NCBI GenBank assembly: GCA_963749075.1
Contig: CAVVLJ010000002.1
Location: 32,001 to 96,000 of the forward strand
Source: an uncultured Pseudomonadota bacterium
GTDB lineage: Bacteria; Pseudomonadota; Alphaproteobacteria; JACZXZ01
DNA length: 64,000 bases
Reading direction: 5' to 3'
Made by a program: the position numbers and the translations under genes. Shown one piece after another: positions 59,337 through 64,000 of this stretch. The first letter of the stretch is position 1. Each line of letters starts with the position of its first letter. Under the pieces are notes generated by a model. It was not told where the DNA came from and made no database searches. It saw only the letters and a program-made list of their open reading frames with translations.

Positions 59337-60557
59337 ATGGGTACTTGCATCAGGAGCCCGCTCTTTCTTCTGGCGGTTGCGCTCGGCCTTGCCTGGGCCT
59401 CGGCCCCCGCCCGCGCCGACAACACGCAAGGGATCACCGACACCACCATCAAGATCGGCAATCTCGGGCCCTTCACCGGCGAGGCCGCCGTCTTCGATCC
59501 GCTCAACTACGGGCCGGACGCCTATCTCCGCTACATCAACGCAGAGGGCGGCATCGACGGGCGCAAGTTCGAGACCGTCTTCGCGGACAGCGCCTGCAAC
59601 GAGGCCAAGGGCATCGCGGCGGCGAAGAAGCTCATCTACGAGGACAAGGTCTTCATGATCATGAGCAACCCCTGCAGCGGCGTTGCCATGGCGGTCAAGC
59701 CGATGGTGGACAAGGAGGGCCTGCCCTGGATCGGCATCGCCGCCAATCCCAAGCTCACGCGGCCGACGGTGCCGAGCATGTTCCACGTCACCTACACGGG
59801 CATCGAGTCGGGCTCCAACATGGCGCGCTTCGCGCTGAGCAAGCCCGGCGTCACCAAGGTCGCGCTGGCGCTCCACAGCAACGACTGGGCGCACGGCTAT
59901 TGCGATCCGGCGAGCGCCTACATCACGTCTCACGGCGGCCAGATCGCGGTGAGCACCGCCATGGAGCGCGGCTCGACCGACGCGACCGCGCAGGTGCTGC
60001 AGATCAAGGCCTCGGGCGCCCAGGCGGTGCTCGGCTGCCTCTACCAGCCGGAGCTCGTCATCCTCATCCGCGAGATGCACAAGTACGGCGTCGACGTGCC
60101 GGTGATCGGAGCGCTCGGCGCCGATTTCGAGCAGGTCGTCCAGCAGGTCAACGATCCGGGCGCGCTCCGCGGCATCTTCTTCCAGCCCTACCAGTACAAG
60201 GCCAAGCTCGGCGAGGGCCCGCTCAAGCCGTTCCACGACATCTTCGTGAAGTACCTCAAGAAGGACGAGCTGCCCAAGGACGGCGTGCCGACCAACTTCT
60301 ATTACTTCGGCGTGCCGGCCGCCATCGTCACCGTCGAGGCCTTCCGCCGCGCCGGTCCCCATCCCACGCGCGAGAAATGGATCGCCGCCATGGAGTCGCT
60401 CAAGGCGTTCGACACCGGCGTGCTGGCGGACACCGTGACCATCACCCACGACAATCACGTGGGCGTCGGCGTGATGCATGCCATCGGCCTCAACGACAAG
60501 GGCGAGGAGACGATCTACAAGGCGTGGGGCGAGCCGCTCAACGCGACGACGAACTGA
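59337..60557 (+). CDS. ABC substrate-binding protein, LivJ/K-like (Peripla_BP_6)
   Basis: Signal peptide, GITDTTIKIG, INAEGGIDGRK, KKLIYEDKVF; divergent from the liv permeases. Confidence 0.92.
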   Translation: MGTCIRSPLFLLAVALGLAWASAPARADNTQGITDTTIKIGNLGPFTGEAAVFDPLNYGPDAYLRYINAEGGIDGRKFETVFADSACNEAKGIAAAKKLIYEDKVFMIMSNPCSGVAMAVKPMVDKEGLPWIGIAANPKLTRPTVPSMFHVTYTGIESGSNMARFALSKPGVTKVALALHSNDWAHGYCDPASAYITSHGGQIAVSTAMERGSTDATAQVLQIKASGAQAVLGCLYQPELVILIREMHKYGVDVPVIGALGADFEQVVQQVNDPGALRGIFFQPYQYKAKLGEGPLKPFHDIFVKYLKKDELPKDGVPTNFYYFGVPAAIVTVEAFRRAGPHPTREKWIAAMESLKAFDTGVLADTVTITHDNHVGVGVMHAIGLNDKGEETIYKAWGEPLNATTN

Positions 60558-60561
60558 AGCG

Positions 60562-61338
60562 GTGCCGCAGCAAGTGAAGGCCTTCGACGGCAAGGTCGTG
60601 TGGATGACGGGCGCCGGCACCGGCATCGGCCGGGCAGGCGCCCTGATGTTCGCGCGAGAGGGCGCTCGCGTCGCCCTCATCGGGCGGCGGCGCGACAAGC
60701 TCGAGGAGGTGGCGGCGGAGATCAAGAGCCTCGGCGGCAGCGCTGCCGTCGAGCCCCTCGACGTGGCGGACCGGGAGAAGGTCCATGCCGCGGCGGAGCG
60801 CCTGCTCGCGGGCACCAAGCGCGTCGACATCCTGGTCAATAATGCGGGCACCAACGTCGTCACCCGCCGCCTCGACGAGGTCTCGGCCGAGGACTGGGAC
60901 CACGTGCTCGCGGTCAACCTGACCGGCGCCTTCAACATGTTCCAGGCGGTCTTCCCGACCATGCGCGCGCAAGCGGACGGGCTCGTCATCAACGTGGCCT
61001 CGACCGCGGCCAGGCGGGTGAGCGGGGCCTCCGGCATCGCCTATTCCGCCTCCAAGTTCGGCATGCTCGGCATGAGCCTCTCGCTCAACCAGGAGGCGTG
61101 GAAGTTCGGCATCCGCACCTGCTGCATCTGCCCCGACGACGTGAACACGCCGATCATGGCGCGCCGCAAGGTCAAATATCCGCCCGAGGTGCTCGCCCGC
61201 TTCATCCAGCCCGAGGACCTCGCCGAGACGATGCGCTACGTGGCGCTCATGCCGAAGCGCACCTCGATCCCCGAGATCGTCGTCTATCCGACCAGCCTCA
61301 GGCCCTACTCGCCGGCCGAGACCGGCATGCCGGGGTAG
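60562..61338 (+). CDS. SDR-family oxidoreductase
   Basis: TGAGTGIG, DILVNNAG, YSASK. GTG start at 60562 or 60574. Confidence 0.92.
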   Translation: MPQQVKAFDGKVVWMTGAGTGIGRAGALMFAREGARVALIGRRRDKLEEVAAEIKSLGGSAAVEPLDVADREKVHAAAERLLAGTKRVDILVNNAGTNVVTRRLDEVSAEDWDHVLAVNLTGAFNMFQAVFPTMRAQADGLVINVASTAARRVSGASGIAYSASKFGMLGMSLSLNQEAWKFGIRTCCICPDDVNTPIMARRKVKYPPEVLARFIQPEDLAETMRYVALMPKRTSIPEIVVYPTSLRPYSPAETGMPG

Positions 61339-61576
61339 GCGCGCTCGACGACGACGGGGCTTGTGCGCTCATTGCAATCCCTCATGCGGAGCGGTGAACT
61401 TGTAACGCACAACGCCTCCGTCACCATACAGACCGGCCGGGGCTCAGCGTGATTAATTTGGGTTGAGGTATGCATTTGCGAGAGGTAGCATTTCCATATA
61501 CAACTCGGTGCTTGGGGAAAATCCTCTCGAACGCCCCATCATTAAAGGGTGTCAGCTCGAGCAGTGGGAGGGGGCC

Positions 61577-62164
61577 GTGGGCCAGACAATCCGAGCGGCT
61601 GTGGTGCTACTTTTTTTGGCTGGATGCGCAAGTAGGCAGTTAAACTATAATACCCTTGATATAGCTTCCGCTGTCGAATCCCTTTATACGAAACAAGTAC
61701 TGGAAAATCTTAGTAAATTCATTGATGAACCATTTGCCACCCCGTCGCAGTTAGATTTTGCGGCAGGTACCGTACAGACATCTAATTCTGTAACTCCAAC
61801 AATTACATTTCCGCTATCCACCTCCGTAGCAACAGCGGTCGGTTCGGCCACTACTAAGACGACAACGATCGCAGGCTCAAGTCTAGGTATAGGGGCGAGC
61901 GATAGCTGGCAGCAGAATTGGACTGTGACGCCGATTAGTGACGCAAATACACTTCGGAATCTGCGAGCCCTATATCGGTATGTGATATACGGCACAGATT
62001 TGAAGAGCGAATATAATATATCAAGAATGTTTGACGACACTAATACGAGTCTAATTCCAGATCCGTATATGCTAGAGGAGCCGCATTGTGTTCTTTGTAC
62101 TGCGACTGAGACAGTCAACAAGGATCTGCGTAGTGGGTGGCTGTATTGGAATAGTGGCGATTAG
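61577..62164 (+). CDS. Hypothetical lipoprotein (low GC, possibly truncated)
   Basis: GTG after GGGAGGGGG; AAVVLLFLAGC lipobox; Thr/Ser-rich middle; AT-rich codons. Confidence 0.7.
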   Translation: MGQTIRAAVVLLFLAGCASRQLNYNTLDIASAVESLYTKQVLENLSKFIDEPFATPSQLDFAAGTVQTSNSVTPTITFPLSTSVATAVGSATTKTTTIAGSSLGIGASDSWQQNWTVTPISDANTLRNLRALYRYVIYGTDLKSEYNISRMFDDTNTSLIPDPYMLEEPHCVLCTATETVNKDLRSGWLYWNSGD

Positions 62165-62223
62165 GGTGATAACAAACCGGATACTTGTAGAGCCCTCGCC
62201 TTTACTTGCGCTATGATGCGCAC

Positions 62224-62418
62224 ATGAGCGCGCGCCTGAATCCCCCTCAAATTGAGATCACGCCAGAAATGATTAGGGCCGGCGCGATCGTGCTGTGCGA
62301 GCACGCTGAAGGCTGTATTGGGGAGTGTTCTGGGAAATTCATAGCAGAGCAGATGTATCGCGCGATGAGAAAATTGGAGGGTCAAGCTCCGTCGCGAGCT
62401 TTGTCGCCCGATGCGTGA
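62224..62418 (+). CDS. Small hypothetical protein (IEITPEMIRAG motif)
   Basis: 64-aa ORF with an EITPEMI.AG...YRAM pattern recalled from small accessory proteins; overlaps the convergent gene end. Confidence 0.5.
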   Translation: MSARLNPPQIEITPEMIRAGAIVLCEHAEGCIGECSGKFIAEQMYRAMRKLEGQAPSRALSPDA

Positions 62419-62944
62419 TCTTCCAAAACGCTTCCGAAAAGCGGTTGGTCTCGCGCGAAGTCAGCACGTAGACGGGGCGATTTTCGGACGTAAATTTGTT
62501 GTCGCGAAAATGCGGTGGTATGACGCACCACTGCATTTCGCCCGCGAGGCTCAGAAGAGATTCGTGCGAATTCGGGTCAAGCACCCACTGAACAGGGCGC
62601 GCGACGCCGTGGGCAATGTCGTTTCTGCGTGGGGCATATGCAGTTGCAAGGCGGATGATGTTGTCGAATTCCCCTTCTTGCTCTTGGCATGGCTTCGCTA
62701 CGAAATAGCCGCGCGCTCTTTCCTCCAATCTGCGCAGTCGCGGCGCGAAGTTTGGAGGCTCGCCATATTCTCGATTTGCGGCCTGGTCGAACTTCGAGCC
62801 ACAGGAGAAGATCGAGTAGAGATGAGCGAGCGCCGTTTCCACCTCCTCCCATGCCATGAGGGCGCGGCCAATAAACTCAAACAGCACGCGCTGAGAGGCA
62901 TTGCCTCGCTTCGGGAATGGCGGGCGGTCCCAAGGTTCGCCCAT
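62339..62944 (-). CDS. Hypothetical protein with HEPN-like RNxxxH motif
   Basis: IGRALMAWEEVE helix followed by RRNDIAHG; ~200 aa, helical-looking. Confidence 0.65.
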   Translation of the reverse strand: MGEPWDRPPFPKRGNASQRVLFEFIGRALMAWEEVETALAHLYSIFSCGSKFDQAANREYGEPPNFAPRLRRLEERARGYFVAKPCQEQEGEFDNIIRLATAYAPRRNDIAHGVARPVQWVLDPNSHESLLSLAGEMQWCVIPPHFRDNKFTSENRPVYVLTSRETNRFSEAFWKITHRATKLATELDPPIFSSRDTSALL

Positions 62945-62955
62945 GACGCTCGCTC

Positions 62956-63264
62956 CTAGGATTCTGCGGACATGTGGCCGCATTCCACTTCCGTACCATT
63001 TTCGGTCGGCCGTACTTTCGCGGGAGACGCGGGCGCTGATTCGATGTTTGGAAACAGGGCTTTTAAGGCCGCGAAAAGGCAAAGAGCTGCATGCTCATTC
63101 AAGGCAACCGTGGCAATGTCGTTGTTGTGGCACCCTATGCGGAGTGCCCTCAGTGGCCCGTGCCGTAGCCCAGAACAGGCTACTATTTCGCGCCCTTCGG
63201 CGGCTGCATTTGAAAGCTCGGCGACAGTAGGGACCGGTAAGCGACCGCCGTGTCCGCGTCTCAT
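62956..63264 (-). CDS. Hypothetical protein directly upstream of the HEPN-motif gene
   Basis: Open frame from ATG 63264 ending 11 nt before the next ATG; no family recognised. Confidence 0.35.
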   Translation of the reverse strand: MRRGHGGRLPVPTVAELSNAAAEGREIVACSGLRHGPLRALRIGCHNNDIATVALNEHAALCLFAALKALFPNIESAPASPAKVRPTENGTEVECGHMSAES

Positions 63265-63335
63265 AATCTTCGCTCCTAGGCTGGGTTGCACTACCTAGGA
63301 TAGCGGAAGGCGGGGCCGGATGCGAGTCCGGCCCC

Positions 63336-63358
63336 GTCGTGCTATAATCTGGCACGAC
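63336..63358 (+). promoter_or_regulatory. Extended -10 promoter (TGCTATAAT) enclosed in an inverted repeat
   Basis: GTCGTGC-TATAATCTG-GCACGAC, then AGGAGG and ATG 63370. A GC hairpin (63311-63336) lies just upstream. Confidence 0.6.
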
Positions 63359-63369
63359 CAGGAGGCAAC

Positions 63370-63570
63370 ATGCCGAGTCCGGCCGTGATGCAATTCGTGC
63401 CCTTGATTGTTTGGTACGTTCTTACAGTGATTCCTGTTTACGCGATCATACGGCGCACGGGGAAGCCAAAATGGTTGACCTTGTTTCTCGTCATCCCCAT
63501 CGCTGGCTTCGTCGTTGTGATCTGGACATTGGCCTATGTTCAATGGCCAGTGACTCGCCAAGTGATCTAA
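63370..63570 (+). CDS. Small membrane protein (RRxGKxxW...P...LAxxxWP; DUF805-like)
   Basis: AGGAGG RBS; two to three hydrophobic segments; paralog immediately downstream. Confidence 0.75.
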   Translation: MPSPAVMQFVPLIVWYVLTVIPVYAIIRRTGKPKWLTLFLVIPIAGFVVVIWTLAYVQWPVTRQVI

Positions 63571-63571
63571 C

Positions 63572-63854
63572 ATGGAGAGATTACGCGGTCACGATAGCGT
63601 ACGCATTGGGCCGGGTCGTCGGCACTCTCGCACGCTTTCTAACGCAGGATCATGGGCTCGTACTAATTTGGTACGTGATTACCGTTCCGCCGTTCTATCG
63701 GCTTGTTCGCCGCGTAGGAAAATCACGATGGTGGGTGGCATTCCTTATACTCCCGATTTTCGGATTTCTATTCGTGACTTGGATTCTCGCATTCACGCGC
63801 TGGCCAGCGGTCGATCGTTTGGTGCCTCAAGAGGGGCGTCCTCAAAAAGCATAA
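63572..63854 (+). CDS. Small membrane protein, tandem paralog (start uncertain, possible +1 frameshift)
   Basis: LIWYVITVPP.Y..VRRVGKSRWW..FL.LPI.GF..V.W.LAF.RWP aligns with the previous ORF. ATG 63572 is one base out of frame; removing one A gives MEDYAVTIA. Confidence 0.65.
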
Positions 63855-63893
63855 TAGAATGTGAACGCCAATCGCTTGTGCTAGGGTGGTCAT

Positions 63894-64000
63894 ATGAAGG
63901 AAAAGAAGCTGGCCGCCGCCAATAAACTTCCGACGCGGATCAAGGCGACTGTCACGATCGAGGGACCGGCCGAAGACATCCTTGCTGATGTTCAGCGACT
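63894..64000 (+). CDS. Hypothetical protein, 5' part (runs off the window)
   Basis: MKEKKLAAANKLPTRIKATVTIEGPAEDILADVQR open to the edge. Confidence 0.4.
   Translation, partial: MKEKKLAAANKLPTRIKATVTIEGPAEDILADVQR

Overview
High-GC bacterial DNA, most consistent with a soil-type alphaproteobacterium (gene content, palindromic repeat families, hpnP, phaZ). The backbone is mostly catabolic and transport genes: a CoA-transferase/cupin/molybdoenzyme unit, a VOC/acyl-CoA ligase/MDR/PaaI unit, an ArsR-DUF899-SRPBCC operon, GST, PHB depolymerase, several ABC systems and two hydantoinase/oxoprolinase A-B pairs. Visibly lower-GC inserts interrupt it. (1) An ~8.7 kb island (15.7-24.5 kb) sits between two internally deleted IS3-family relics and carries an IS4/IS50-type element that landed in a REP-like hairpin (10-bp duplication) and whose transposase needs a -1 recoding at A5G6. 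(2) A two-gene cassette (30.9-32.6 kb) encodes a small His/Tyr-motif protein and an apparently catalytically dead IrrE/ImmA-like protein; this is my best candidate for an undescribed toxin-antitoxin or defence system. (3) A solitary ABC_sub_bind gene. (4) A BrnT + XRE-HTH pair. (5) A terminal region (61.4-64 kb) with a lipoprotein, a HEPN-motif protein and tandem small membrane proteins. The 5' end of a hopanoid C-2 methylase gene (hpnP), missed by the ORF track, lies at the left edge. No rRNA, tRNA or CRISPR array was seen. Several +1 frameshifts look like sequencing errors. All family calls come from motif recognition by eye; no searches were run.
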